From assembly GCA_963796105.1 (NCBI GenBank), contig CAWCKJ010000003.1, positions 544,001 through 608,000 on the forward strand: 64,000 nucleotides of DNA, written 5' to 3'. Within the stretch, counting starts at the first letter, position 1, and the number at the start of each line of letters is the position of its first letter. A program made the position numbers and the translations under genes. This document shows positions 40,607 to 49,945 of the stretch, piece by piece. The stretch comes from a candidate division FCPU426 bacterium (GTDB taxonomy: Bacteria; Oederibacteriota; Muellerivitia; Muellerivitales; Muellerivitaceae). Below the pieces are notes generated by a model, which saw only the letters and a list, made by a program, of their open reading frames with translations, did no database searches and was not told the origin of the DNA.

Positions 40607-40676
40607 TCGGGTGAAGATTTTCCAGGAACTACGCCGGAAAAAGCGCCCGATCTCTCAATTAAAAAGGAGAAACCGA

Positions 40677-40976
40677 ATGCAAATCAACGAAGCGGATTTG
40701 GGAAAAATCGTGCAGCTGCCGGTCAAGCCCGAATGGGGCTTGGGAATCATCAGCAAGGTCGAGAATCGGTTCGCGCTCATATTGTTCCGCGACACCGGGG
40801 ACAAGACGGCCAAGAAATTCTACCGCGCCGAGAATAACCTGAAATTGGCGCCGGACCAGGAACAGCCGGATCTCCACAAAAGGGCCCGAGCGAAGAACAA
40901 GAAAATCAAGGTGAAGAAGGTTGTTGCCCGCCCCGTAGTTGCCGTTAAAGCCGAAGCTGAAGCCGAAGACGAGTAA
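40677..40976 (+). CDS. DUF3553-like small protein
   Basis: GKIVQLPVKPEWGLGII pattern; AAGGAG RBS. Confidence 0.55.
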   Translation: MQINEADLGKIVQLPVKPEWGLGIISKVENRFALILFRDTGDKTAKKFYRAENNLKLAPDQEQPDLHKRARAKNKKIKVKKVVARPVVAVKAEAEAEDE

Positions 40977-41059
40977 TTAACTCCCCAGAATGAATAGGAC
41001 AGGCCCCTCGAATAGAGGAGCCGGTCCTTCTTCCGGGAAGCCCCCCAGAAAATTTCCCC

Positions 41060-44059
41060 TTATTCCCCAGCCATAGCGGATACTGCCGGCCTCAATTTAA
41101 CGGCTTTGGATTTCAACTTGAGTGTCGCCGGCTCAAGACCCTTCGAGACGGCCTTCAAGACAATTTGTCCCTCATTTTTATCCGATTGTATGATTACCTG
41201 CGCCAATCCCGAGAAAAGGCTTCTTTTCCATCGGGCCGCGGAAATCACGGTCCTCACCGAACCCGGATCCGAGTTCAAGTTTTCCCATTTCTTGCGCCGC
41301 AGGAGTTCCGTCCCCACCACCGCGTAAACATTCCGGCCTTTTCTCAGGATGGATTTGGAAAGCGGATAGGGTTTGCCGGCGTTGTCACGCATGATCTTGT
41401 CGGCGATCAAGTGGCCGTTCACGTAAACGGCTTGTCCGTCCACCAGGCTTTTGGGCAGCAAGACAATCTCTGAATAATCATCCAACTTCGGCAGTTCAAA
41501 ACTGCCCCGGATTACCCTCACGCTTGGTTTTTCATCTGACACGTTGCCTTGATCCTTAGGCCTGCCCTGGAACAAATCCGTCCACTGGGAAACATCCTGA
41601 TCAAATTCCACCTCGGGTCTTTTTCCCAAATCCCCCCCATTCAGCATCTTGAGGCCCTCGATGCGAACCTGGGTCACTGCGTCAAAGTACCTGTCAGGCT
41701 CATGGCAGGATGGGTCGCCATTGCCCACACCGATGATTTTCCCAGGCCCTTCCAACGAAAAGAAAATCTCATTTCCCGCCGTGGGAATCATCCTGCCCTG
41801 CTTGTCCTTCGCCTCCACCGTCACCACCGAAACATCCTCACCATCAGCCTGGATGGTCGAACGGTCTGGAATCAGCGAGATCTTGGCGGGGTCTCCCGTT
41901 GTGTCTTGCTTCGCCACGGCCGCTTCTTTTCCGCCTTTGTATCCCCGAGCCAGCAATTCCCCCGGCTCATAAGGAACAGTCCAAACCAAATGGGAATTCG
42001 CCTCCATGGTCTTTTTACCCAGGCTCTTGCCGTTGAGGAATAATTCCACTTCCTCGCAATTGCTGATGGCCCAAACTTCGATGTCCTTACCTTCTTTGCC
42101 TTTCCAGTTCCAATGGGGCGTCAGGAAGAGAACCGGCTCGTCGGTCCACCAGGCTTTCAGATAGTCATAGCAATCCTTGGGGAATCCGCAGGTATCAAGA
42201 ACACCATATTGAGAGGAAATAGCGGGAAACTCGAAGGGGTTTTCCTCGCCCCTATAATCGAAACCGGTCCAGAGGAAGAGGCCCGATACGAAGGGCCGCT
42301 CCATGTAATATTTCCAGCTCTTCTCGATACCGGTCCCCTTGGGCTTCCGGTCAGTCGGCCCCTCGTGCGCGTTGGGTGTATCATCCTCATAGATGCCGCG
42401 GGTCTGGTGGGTGGTGCTTTCCTCGGTAGCCACGCTGGGTTGGCGGGGATAATCGGCGTGCTGTTGATCCATGTTCCCGTGCTCAAAATAGTTGTAACCC
42501 ATCAAGTCGATGACTTTGGAAATGCCGTTTCCCCAGCCTCCGCTGTCAGCCGCCGTGACCCGCCTGGTCGGGTCCAGCCGTTTCACGAAGTCTTGCATGG
42601 GAGCGGTGATTTGCTCGCCCTTTTCGTTGCCCTCAATGCCCCATTCCTCGTTGCCCAGGGACCAGGCGAAAACGCAGGGGTGGTTTCGGTCCTGGAGGAT
42701 GGTTCCCTTCAGCCTTTCCAGGAGTTCAGGGCTGTCCCCCATCAGGCGGTTTTCCACCAGAACCAGCATTCCCAGCCTGTCGCAAACATCCAACAGCTCC
42801 GGTGTGGGCGGGTTATGGGAACAACGGTAGGCGTTACAGCCGAATTCCTTCAAGCGCTTGATCCGGTATTCCTGCAAGGCGTCCGGCAAGGCCACTCCCA
42901 CCCCGGCATGATCCTGGTGGTTGCAGGTGCCCTTGAGCTCCACATGCTTGCCGTTGAGGAAGAATCCCTTGTCAGGATCGAAAGTCATCGTTCGGATGCC
43001 GAAGGGAGTTTCGTAACTGTCAACTATTGAATCACCATAGATTACGGTTGTTACGAGCTTGTATAAGGATGGCGATTCAAGCGACCAAAGTTTAGGTTTC
43101 GATATTTTGATTTGAACCGGAAATTCTTTATTGGCCCCCGGATCCAGCGAAAGCCCATTCAGCTGACCCGAACCCACGATTTTGCCCGTCGAATCCAAAA
43201 TCTCCTGGTCTATCTCAAACGCCGCCTTTTCGGTCCCTTCGTCCGCTACTATGGTCCGGGAGGTAATTACAGCTGAATCCTCACCCACTTCCGACGTGAC
43301 GAATGTCCCGTTGTAATCCACATGGAGGGGAGACGTTTTGGTCAGCCAGACATGGCGGTAAATCCCGGCCCCCTCGTAAAACCAGCCCTCCTCCATCGTC
43401 GCGTCCACCCGAACCGCCACGACGTTGTTTCCCCCGTAATTCAAGCAATCGGTGATGTCATAGCGGAAATTGTTGTATCCGCTGGATTCCCGGCCCATGT
43501 AAAAACCGTTCACCCACACCACCGAGTCCCGGAAAACCCCGTCAAACTCGACACTGATTCTCCGCCCCTTGTCCGACTTGGGTATGAAAAAGGTTTTGCG
43601 GTACCAGCCCACACTGTTTCCTGGAAAGTTGCGCCCGATGGCCTTGTAGCCGTGGCTAAACCCTCCCTTCTCATCAAATGGGAGCTCTACCGCCCAGTCA
43701 TGGGGAAGGTTCAGGAGCCTCCAGGCCCGGTCGTCAAACAAGGGGTCCGCGGGTCCGTCGCCGAAACCGGTTTTAGCGAAGTACGAAAAATAACCAGTGG
43801 CGTGGCCGTAATCCTTGTCTGTGTCGTAGGGATGTCCGAAGGCGAAGCGCCAGCCGAAGTCCATCAAGAGATGTTCCCGAGGGCTGCCTGCCATGAGCCC
43901 GCCTGGCGATTGGCTATCTTTGGCTGTGCCAATTGAAGAATCAATTGGCAATGGGTCCTGGGCCGCGTGAATTCGCGGGATTCCTAAGCCAACGAATGCC
44001 GTAACAAAAAATAAAGTAATGATCCTGATGGTTTTTTTCATGAGTGTCCTTTTAAACAT
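41060..44059 (-). CDS. Glycoside hydrolase family 2 (beta-galactosidase-like), exported
   Basis: LPHDW, WYRKTF, GIYRHVWL, HQDHAG, RCSHNP, WSLGNEE, WTGFDYRGE. Confidence 0.92.
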   Translation of the reverse strand: MFKRTLMKKTIRIITLFFVTAFVGLGIPRIHAAQDPLPIDSSIGTAKDSQSPGGLMAGSPREHLLMDFGWRFAFGHPYDTDKDYGHATGYFSYFAKTGFGDGPADPLFDDRAWRLLNLPHDWAVELPFDEKGGFSHGYKAIGRNFPGNSVGWYRKTFFIPKSDKGRRISVEFDGVFRDSVVWVNGFYMGRESSGYNNFRYDITDCLNYGGNNVVAVRVDATMEEGWFYEGAGIYRHVWLTKTSPLHVDYNGTFVTSEVGEDSAVITSRTIVADEGTEKAAFEIDQEILDSTGKIVGSGQLNGLSLDPGANKEFPVQIKISKPKLWSLESPSLYKLVTTVIYGDSIVDSYETPFGIRTMTFDPDKGFFLNGKHVELKGTCNHQDHAGVGVALPDALQEYRIKRLKEFGCNAYRCSHNPPTPELLDVCDRLGMLVLVENRLMGDSPELLERLKGTILQDRNHPCVFAWSLGNEEWGIEGNEKGEQITAPMQDFVKRLDPTRRVTAADSGGWGNGISKVIDLMGYNYFEHGNMDQQHADYPRQPSVATEESTTHQTRGIYEDDTPNAHEGPTDRKPKGTGIEKSWKYYMERPFVSGLFLWTGFDYRGEENPFEFPAISSQYGVLDTCGFPKDCYDYLKAWWTDEPVLFLTPHWNWKGKEGKDIEVWAISNCEEVELFLNGKSLGKKTMEANSHLVWTVPYEPGELLARGYKGGKEAAVAKQDTTGDPAKISLIPDRSTIQADGEDVSVVTVEAKDKQGRMIPTAGNEIFFSLEGPGKIIGVGNGDPSCHEPDRYFDAVTQVRIEGLKMLNGGDLGKRPEVEFDQDVSQWTDLFQGRPKDQGNVSDEKPSVRVIRGSFELPKLDDYSEIVLLPKSLVDGQAVYVNGHLIADKIMRDNAGKPYPLSKSILRKGRNVYAVVGTELLRRKKWENLNSDPGSVRTVISAARWKRSLFSGLAQVIIQSDKNEGQIVLKAVSKGLEPATLKLKSKAVKLRPAVSAMAGE

Positions 44060-44064
44060 TAAAT

Positions 44065-44360
44065 GCTTATCCGCAAAGTACCTGCGGTCTATTTTTTAAA
44101 CTTCCCCCTCTGAAAGAGGGGGATAGAGGGGAAGTTAGCCTTTAGGGTTACTCAACAAAAACCAATACCCCCCCAATCCCCCCTTTTTCACCCCCATTTC
44201 ATCTATATGATAATAACAAATGGAGAATGGGATCGTCCCCATGCCCAATGTCTTTGTTTTTCAAAGGGGCATGGGGGAAGGGGGGGGATAACTTTGCAAA
44301 AATCGAATCAGAAAAGCACTTGCTAAATCTTAGTAAACCACAGGGACTTTGCGGATAAAC
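44065..44360. mobile_element. ~300-bp MITE-like element with 24-bp imperfect TIRs and internal G/C-run palindromes
   Basis: GCTTATCCGCAAAGTACCTGCGGT ... ACCACAGGGACTTTGCGGATAAAC (21/24); partial second copy at 1169-1304. Confidence 0.65.
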
Positions 44361-44403
44361 TTGTAGAAACTTTTTAAAACGGGTATCAGGATACAGCAAA
44401 AAG

Positions 44404-45090
44404 TCATTTCACATCCCGTAAAAACGGCTCAAAAACGTCCTTTTGCCCGGCGGCAATCTCAATAGCCTCTTTCCAGGCATACCGATAGGGGGAATCAAAC
44501 TCTTCCCCATCCGCGTTCTTCTGGCAATCCTGGCAGTATTGTTCCAAATGGTCCGCCAGGGTTTTCAGGCGCAAGCTCATTTTTTCGGCCAGCTTTTTTT
44601 TGAAATCGGCATCATCAAGCTCATCCATAACCATCAACAGGTGGGTAAGGCAGACATGGAAATGATCCAGGAAAGCCTTCCGCATTTCGGGTTCACCCAA
44701 GCCTTTTATCAAAATACTTATATAGTGCCCGCGGATTTGGAGCGCCTGGCGGCATCCGGGGCACATGTCATGTACCTCCCATTTTGGAAAGAGGTTATTA
44801 TGAGTCGCGTTCTTTTCCAGGAACGAAGCGGCAATTTGGGCCTGTTCCTTATACAGGATGGACAGCGCCAAAGTGTCGCGGAAACCGGCCAGGTGATGGG
44901 CATGGTACGGGCAATAACCCCGGGACGACCTCAAATCGACCCTGGCCCCAGGCCCATTGACGTTTTCATAAAGGAAAGCGTCGAAATAGGAGTGAACCGC
45001 TTCCTTTTCCAGAACGCAAAGGCCGCAATTTTTGGACTTTTGGAATGTCTCCAAAACCTTGAAATATGGCGTATGTTTTTCCACGGTCAA
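44404..45090 (-). CDS. DUF6062-like Cys/His-rich protein
   Basis: CGLC, GYCPYH, CPGC, VCLTH motifs; TTG start overlaps the TPR gene stop (TTGA) with GGAGG RBS. Confidence 0.7.
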   Translation of the reverse strand: MTVEKHTPYFKVLETFQKSKNCGLCVLEKEAVHSYFDAFLYENVNGPGARVDLRSSRGYCPYHAHHLAGFRDTLALSILYKEQAQIAASFLEKNATHNNLFPKWEVHDMCPGCRQALQIRGHYISILIKGLGEPEMRKAFLDHFHVCLTHLLMVMDELDDADFKKKLAEKMSLRLKTLADHLEQYCQDCQKNADGEEFDSPYRYAWKEAIEIAAGQKDVFEPFLRDVK

Positions 45091-45446
45091 TTCCCTCCTT
45101 TTGTTTTTTCTTGATACCATTGCTTGAAGGTTTTTTCCAAAAGCTTCAGTAATTCATGAACCGGAGTTTTTAATTTTTCAGTCTTTGGAACAGCTAATGC
45201 TAATTCCCTGGCTTCCTCCAAACGTCCTTGTTCATATAGGCAAACCGCCAATTCATATAGAAATAAAGGCTCATAAGGATTGAGGAAAATGGCGCGGCGG
45301 AACTGTCCTTCCGCCAGCTTAAAAGCTTTGTGCTGAAGGAAATAAATTCCCAGGTTTAATTGGCCATACCCTAGGTAGGGACTTGGCCTGAGGGCTTCTT
45401 CCCGCAGGGTTTCCCTGTCTTTTCTTTTTTGACCCTTACGCGGCAT
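45087..45446 (-). CDS. Small TPR protein
   Basis: NLGIYFL...AEGQFRRAIFLNP...YELAVCLYEQGRLEEA. Confidence 0.75.
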   Translation of the reverse strand: MPRKGQKRKDRETLREEALRPSPYLGYGQLNLGIYFLQHKAFKLAEGQFRRAIFLNPYEPLFLYELAVCLYEQGRLEEARELALAVPKTEKLKTPVHELLKLLEKTFKQWYQEKTKGGN

Positions 45447-45528
45447 ATCAAAAAGCCTTTCCAGGTTCCCCCACGGCGTTGTAAAAAACTGAACTCAGGA
45501 TGGTAAACAGGGATGTTATTTCCCAGTT

Positions 45529-47244
45529 CTATTCAGTTTTAACAGACCACTCCAGCTTTCCAGCCTGTTCCAATGCCACTTGGAGATCTTCCCCTGAATC
45601 CTGTCGTCCTTCCATGAGTCCTTGGATGGTTTCCATCTCGTCCCTGACATGCCGCTGGAAATCTTTCGTCATGCTTTTGACGGTTTCCATCATGGCCTCA
45701 GTCCATTGAGTGCATAAGCGGTAAATGTGATTCTCCACCTGCCTGGGGATGGACTTGAGAAAATGCCGGTGGACCAGGGGCCGGAAAATCCACATGGGCA
45801 CCAGGAACCAGACGCCCTCAAAGGGGGTGTCAAACACATTTCCCAAGTGCATGGATAGCTTTTCGGGACGGGCCACCTCACCCCCAAAAACAGGACCCGC
45901 GTAATCGAAATGCAGCGCCTCCTTAACTTTGTCGGAAATTCGGTCTGCGAACGCCCTGGCCGCGCGGTTCACGGAAGCCTCGGCTTCGCGCACATGGATT
46001 TCCACGGCTGGGGCATATTCCCGGCCAAGCAGACCAAGTCTTTGAGTCAATCGCTGCTCCAGCCAGTTCTGATATTTTTCGGTTTCCTTGCCCAAGTGGC
46101 TTCTCCAACCCCGTATATCCATTTCCAATTCCGATTGCAGATCAAGCGCTAACCCATTCCTGTTTGGGAGAAGCCTTTCCTCAAGCGCCTGCCTGATCCG
46201 GTGGCTAGCGATGTCCTGTAGGTTATACAACTCATTATCCAGCGTGGCGATGTATTGCCATTCCCCTTTGATCAAACCGGACAGTTCCTCACGCGCCTTT
46301 TGACCCGCCTGAGCCGCCTTTAGGGCTAATTCCAGGTATCCTCGGCAGGACTTTAATAGGGCCTGGAGTTTAAAACGGAGAATTTTTTCCGATTCGAGGG
46401 AAGAATGGGACACCAAATGGTCCAAGAGAAAACGGCGCAAGGATTCCAGGGCCTCCTCGTATCCAGGTCTTGTGGAAACTGGCATGACCGTAATCCCATG
46501 GTTAAGGCGGTTTTTCAGTTGGAACCGGACATATCCAAGGATGGATTCCATTTGTTCCTTAGAGACAAGGTCGGCTTTGGTCACTAGAAGAATCGTCTTG
46601 GGGGTGCTCTCCTCCAACTGTTGTATCAAGGATAGGTCATCTTCCGACAACGGGTGGTCCGAGGATACCGCCACCAGCGCCACACCCACTTTTGGAATCC
46701 AGTCCATTGTGGCGGCCGTGTTATGGGCATGGAGGCTTCCGATGCCCGGCGAGTCCACCCAACGCACGCCCTCCCAGGACCCAATCCCCTCCAATTCGAC
46801 GTCCACGCGGGAAACTTCTTTTCGGTTCTCAGGATTTTCCCTTTCAGTGGCGTAACACGCGATGAGATTTGGGGCAATATTTTCATTGTGTCCATCCAGG
46901 TAATGGACGGTCATTTGGTCGGAAACCCCTGACATTACGCGGGTGACGACCGCCGTGGCGGGCAAAACATCCGTGGGAAGGATGTTCCTCCTCAATAGGG
47001 CGTTTAAGAGAGAGCTTTTCCCGGCCTTGAACCTTCCTAAAAGCACGATGTCCAGGGAATCGGATTCCTGGGAAAACTCCGAAAGTTTTTGAAGTGGGGC
47101 TAACAAAGCCGGGATTTTAAATCGGCGGCTGGCAGAACCGATGAACGACAGGACTTCCGTTGCCCGAAGGTGGTAGCGTTTGAAAGCTTTCTGGACGCCA
47201 GTATTAGGTTCTGGTTGTTCTTGGAAAACCGGATTCATGGCCAC
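45529..47244 (-). CDS. Bacterial dynamin-like GTPase
   Basis: G1 GRFKAGKSS, G2 LPTDVLPAT, G3 DSPG, G4 TKAD; helical stalk; hydrophobic WFLVPMWIF segment. Confidence 0.85.
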   Translation of the reverse strand: MAMNPVFQEQPEPNTGVQKAFKRYHLRATEVLSFIGSASRRFKIPALLAPLQKLSEFSQESDSLDIVLLGRFKAGKSSLLNALLRRNILPTDVLPATAVVTRVMSGVSDQMTVHYLDGHNENIAPNLIACYATERENPENRKEVSRVDVELEGIGSWEGVRWVDSPGIGSLHAHNTAATMDWIPKVGVALVAVSSDHPLSEDDLSLIQQLEESTPKTILLVTKADLVSKEQMESILGYVRFQLKNRLNHGITVMPVSTRPGYEEALESLRRFLLDHLVSHSSLESEKILRFKLQALLKSCRGYLELALKAAQAGQKAREELSGLIKGEWQYIATLDNELYNLQDIASHRIRQALEERLLPNRNGLALDLQSELEMDIRGWRSHLGKETEKYQNWLEQRLTQRLGLLGREYAPAVEIHVREAEASVNRAARAFADRISDKVKEALHFDYAGPVFGGEVARPEKLSMHLGNVFDTPFEGVWFLVPMWIFRPLVHRHFLKSIPRQVENHIYRLCTQWTEAMMETVKSMTKDFQRHVRDEMETIQGLMEGRQDSGEDLQVALEQAGKLEWSVKTE

Positions 47245-47338
47245 GCCCCAGTTCTAAAATAGGAAGTTTCAGCCTTGAGCGGAGTCACGTGGAAGGTTTT
47301 GGAAGGAAGGCTCCGGCGCCAACCACGGTACTGCCGTG

Positions 47339-47386
47339 GTAGGAGTCATCAGCCTTGAGGGCGGTTTAAGGGGAACTCCATCCCCA
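47339..47386 (-). ncRNA. Fluoride riboswitch (crcB motif) upstream of the dynamin-like gene
   Basis: GGGGATGGAGTTCCCC-TT-AAACCGCC-CTCAA-GGCTGATGACTCCTAC matches the crcB consensus, including the GGAGT/ACTCC pseudoknot. Confidence 0.9.
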
Positions 47387-47479
47387 ATAGGTATTATTTT
47401 ATAGCATGAGGGGCCGCTTGAGGCTGTTTTGTTTGGGGATTTCCAATGCCGGAAGCATAAAAAGCGAGTCTGAATGCCA

Positions 47480-48676
47480 TTAACCCTCTTCATCCAGCAA
47501 ATCTTCATCGGACCTTTTTCCCGGTTTTGGAAGAAGATGGCCAGGATGGAAAAATTTTCCGGCGATGAGAGTCGGCACGACCGCGCTCGTGATAACCACA
47601 GCCACCAAAAAGGAATATTGGTTCTGCGTCACGATATTATGTGAGAAACCGTATAAAGCCGAGATGGTCCCAAAGGTAAGCCCGGTGGACATCATCAAGG
47701 TGTAATACCAGCGCTCATCGTGTTTTTTCCTGAATTTCCCGACCACGGGGTATAAACCAAATATCTTGGACCCGACTTTTCCAATTAAAAGGGCGATGAA
47801 AACAATGGGCGCGGATATCAGGGCCGGCAGGGAAACAAGCGTTCCTGCCCGGAGAAAATAAAAAGGTGTAAGAAACCCGACAGTCAGGGTCCTCATACGG
47901 TGAATCCAATGGACATCGTTGGTCGAGAACTCGGCCAGGACCATGCCGATCAGATACGCCGGAAGAACCGCCTCACTGCCGGACCAAAGAGCTAAAGAAC
48001 CCAGCCCGAAGAGTACAAGTATGACCCATTTCGTCTTGACCGCGTTGGTGTGGCTCGAATAGGTTTTGGATAACCAACGGCTGACGAGCGGCAGAATCAA
48101 TAGCACGAAAACGGTCACCAGGACAAATATGACCGTTTTGTAAGTGAATGGGGCGAAGAGCAATCCGAGGGCAATGACCGTGCCGAGATCGTTGATGAAA
48201 CAAGCCCCGAGTATTCCCTTTCCGAAATCGGTCTTATTGAAGCCGGTTTCCAGCATCACGGCATAGACGACCGCCATGGAGGTGGTTGATAAGGACACTC
48301 CACAAAGCAGGCTGGCTTGGGGGTCCCATCCCAGGAAATAGCGGGCGATGGCAGCGCACCCGAGAAACGGGGCGAAGAAGCCGAAGAGGCCGATAATAGA
48401 GACTTCCTTGAACTTCCTTTTCATCACATCCGGCTCAAGCTCCGCTCCGGCCAGGAAAGTAAGAAGCACGGCCCCGGCGGAGGCTAAAAAACGCAGCCAC
48501 TCCAGGTTGGAACCGAGTATTGATGCCGCGTCGCCGTACAACGAAGCTAACGCCGCGACAGCCACACCCACGCAGATCTCAATCAGGGCGATGGAAACCT
48601 TAAGGTGGTAGGCTATGACGGCGGAAATGATGGACAACCCAAGCCAGATTGCTGCGATGGTGTAAATTTGCTGCAT
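47480..48676 (-). CDS. Cation:proton antiporter (Na_H_Exchanger/CPA2-like)
   Basis: About 12 hydrophobic segments; LTFLAGAEL, LSTTSMAVV, FINDL, FLTPFYF. Confidence 0.85.
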   Translation of the reverse strand: MQQIYTIAAIWLGLSIISAVIAYHLKVSIALIEICVGVAVAALASLYGDAASILGSNLEWLRFLASAGAVLLTFLAGAELEPDVMKRKFKEVSIIGLFGFFAPFLGCAAIARYFLGWDPQASLLCGVSLSTTSMAVVYAVMLETGFNKTDFGKGILGACFINDLGTVIALGLLFAPFTYKTVIFVLVTVFVLLILPLVSRWLSKTYSSHTNAVKTKWVILVLFGLGSLALWSGSEAVLPAYLIGMVLAEFSTNDVHWIHRMRTLTVGFLTPFYFLRAGTLVSLPALISAPIVFIALLIGKVGSKIFGLYPVVGKFRKKHDERWYYTLMMSTGLTFGTISALYGFSHNIVTQNQYSFLVAVVITSAVVPTLIAGKFFHPGHLLPKPGKRSDEDLLDEEG

Positions 48677-48724
48677 GTTGAAATCTCCCTTTATTTGATG
48701 GATCTAAATACCCAGTCAGGGCAT

Positions 48725-48750
48725 AAAAAAACCCGCTTGGCGGCGGGTTC
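48725..48750 (-). terminator. Leader terminator, probable expression platform of the upstream fluoride riboswitch
   Basis: GAACCCGC-CGCCAA-GCGGGTTTTTTT between the aptamer and the antiporter ATG. Confidence 0.7.
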
Positions 48751-48793
48751 TTTACAAGTTGATGAAAGACTCCACCGCCGTAATCACTGAGCA

Positions 48794-48840
48794 GTAGGAG
48801 TCATTAGCCCCGGAGGGCGGTTAAAGGGAACTCCATCCCA
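48794..48840 (-). ncRNA. Fluoride riboswitch (crcB motif) upstream of the antiporter
   Basis: GGGATGGAGTTCCC-TTT-AACCGCCCTCCGGGGCTAATGACTCCTAC. Confidence 0.9.
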
Positions 48841-49027
48841 TAAAAGTTAATGGCGATACATTACTACAGCATGGAAAATAAAAACAATACTTTTACAATT
48901 CTTTTTCGAGATTTGTTACGAAATTTTTCCCAGCGGTTTTACAAACAATCAGCCAAATTGATCGCGCAAAGGCGCTCAACCCATACCTTTTGCGCTTCGG
49001 CGTCAATATTTTTTTTCGTAAGTTTCA

Positions 49028-49471
49028 TTACCAGACATTTTTATAAACAGGATTTCCCAGGGCATCCTTGTGGGTGCAATCTATTAAAACAGTTCCTGTC
49101 GTTGAATCATAGAGCCAATGGGCCGTGTCCTTTAGTTTTGTGGCATCTATTTTCCCAGTCGAGTCCAAAAAGGGATAAGTTTCCACTTGGTTCGAGGGCG
49201 GATGACCGTATTTTTCCAAGTGCAGGATGGGTATTTCTTTCAAATACTTCGGGACCAAATCCCTCAAATCCTGCGGCCAAACCCCATGACTATCGCCAAA
49301 GTAAACACTCGCCGCCGACTTAAGTGACCCTAAACTCCCTTTGGCGGAGCCTTCCCTGCTCTTCTCCATCATTTGAAGAAACCGGGAGGTTGTGACGCTC
49401 GTAAAATAAACTACTACGGTCAAGACCAGAAGGCTTGCCCAAACAACCCTGAAATTCGTTTTAGAGTCCAA
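49028..49471 (-). CDS. Pilin/pseudopilin-like protein without a canonical prepilin cleavage site
   Basis: N-terminal TM, then RF..M.EKSREGSAKGSLGSLKSAASVYFGD..G.WP pilin alpha1-like helix. Confidence 0.55.
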   Translation of the reverse strand: MDSKTNFRVVWASLLVLTVVVYFTSVTTSRFLQMMEKSREGSAKGSLGSLKSAASVYFGDSHGVWPQDLRDLVPKYLKEIPILHLEKYGHPPSNQVETYPFLDSTGKIDATKLKDTAHWLYDSTTGTVLIDCTHKDALGNPVYKNVW

Positions 49472-49534
49472 TGATTTGCTCCCGCGCCGGACAACGGATT
49501 AGAACTATGGCGTGAATTAATCATGAAGTGAAAT

Positions 49535-49945
49535 TTAAGTATTTCTGTTCCGATAATAATCCATAAAAACGGAGGGTGAAACTATTTTCACTTGATGATA
49601 ACTCGAAGGAAAATGCTTAAGATTGCCGGTCACGAGCATCCCCGCTTTTCCCGCCACAGCTACTTCCAAAAAAGCATCGTCCCGAGGGTCCGATAGACGC
49701 CGGGCCAATGGTTTGGAAGCCACGACATCGCCTTTGATTTTCATTTGCTCTAAAAGAGCCTCCGTTTCCTCTTTACGAAATGGAAATTTCGGCCGGCTCA
49801 AAACCTCGGAATATTCCGAGAAAATGCGGGCATCAAAACATAACGAAAGGGCTCCCGATGAGATTAACCGTACGATTTCGCCAGGCGGGCCATACGGGGA
49901 TAAAAGACCCGAAACCAAGACATTTGTATCGATGACAACCTTCAC
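49535..49945 (-). CDS. PIN-domain toxin
   Basis: VVIDTNVLVSGLL, DPRDDAFLEVA, LVTGNLKHF. Confidence 0.9.
   Translation of the reverse strand: MKVVIDTNVLVSGLLSPYGPPGEIVRLISSGALSLCFDARIFSEYSEVLSRPKFPFRKEETEALLEQMKIKGDVVASKPLARRLSDPRDDAFLEVAVAGKAGMLVTGNLKHFPSSYHQVKIVSPSVFMDYYRNRNT

Noticed and set aside
47269..47508. 79-aa ORF between the antiporter and the dynamin gene
   Set aside because: It runs through the fluoride riboswitch and overlaps the antiporter 3' end; a regulatory leader explains the region better
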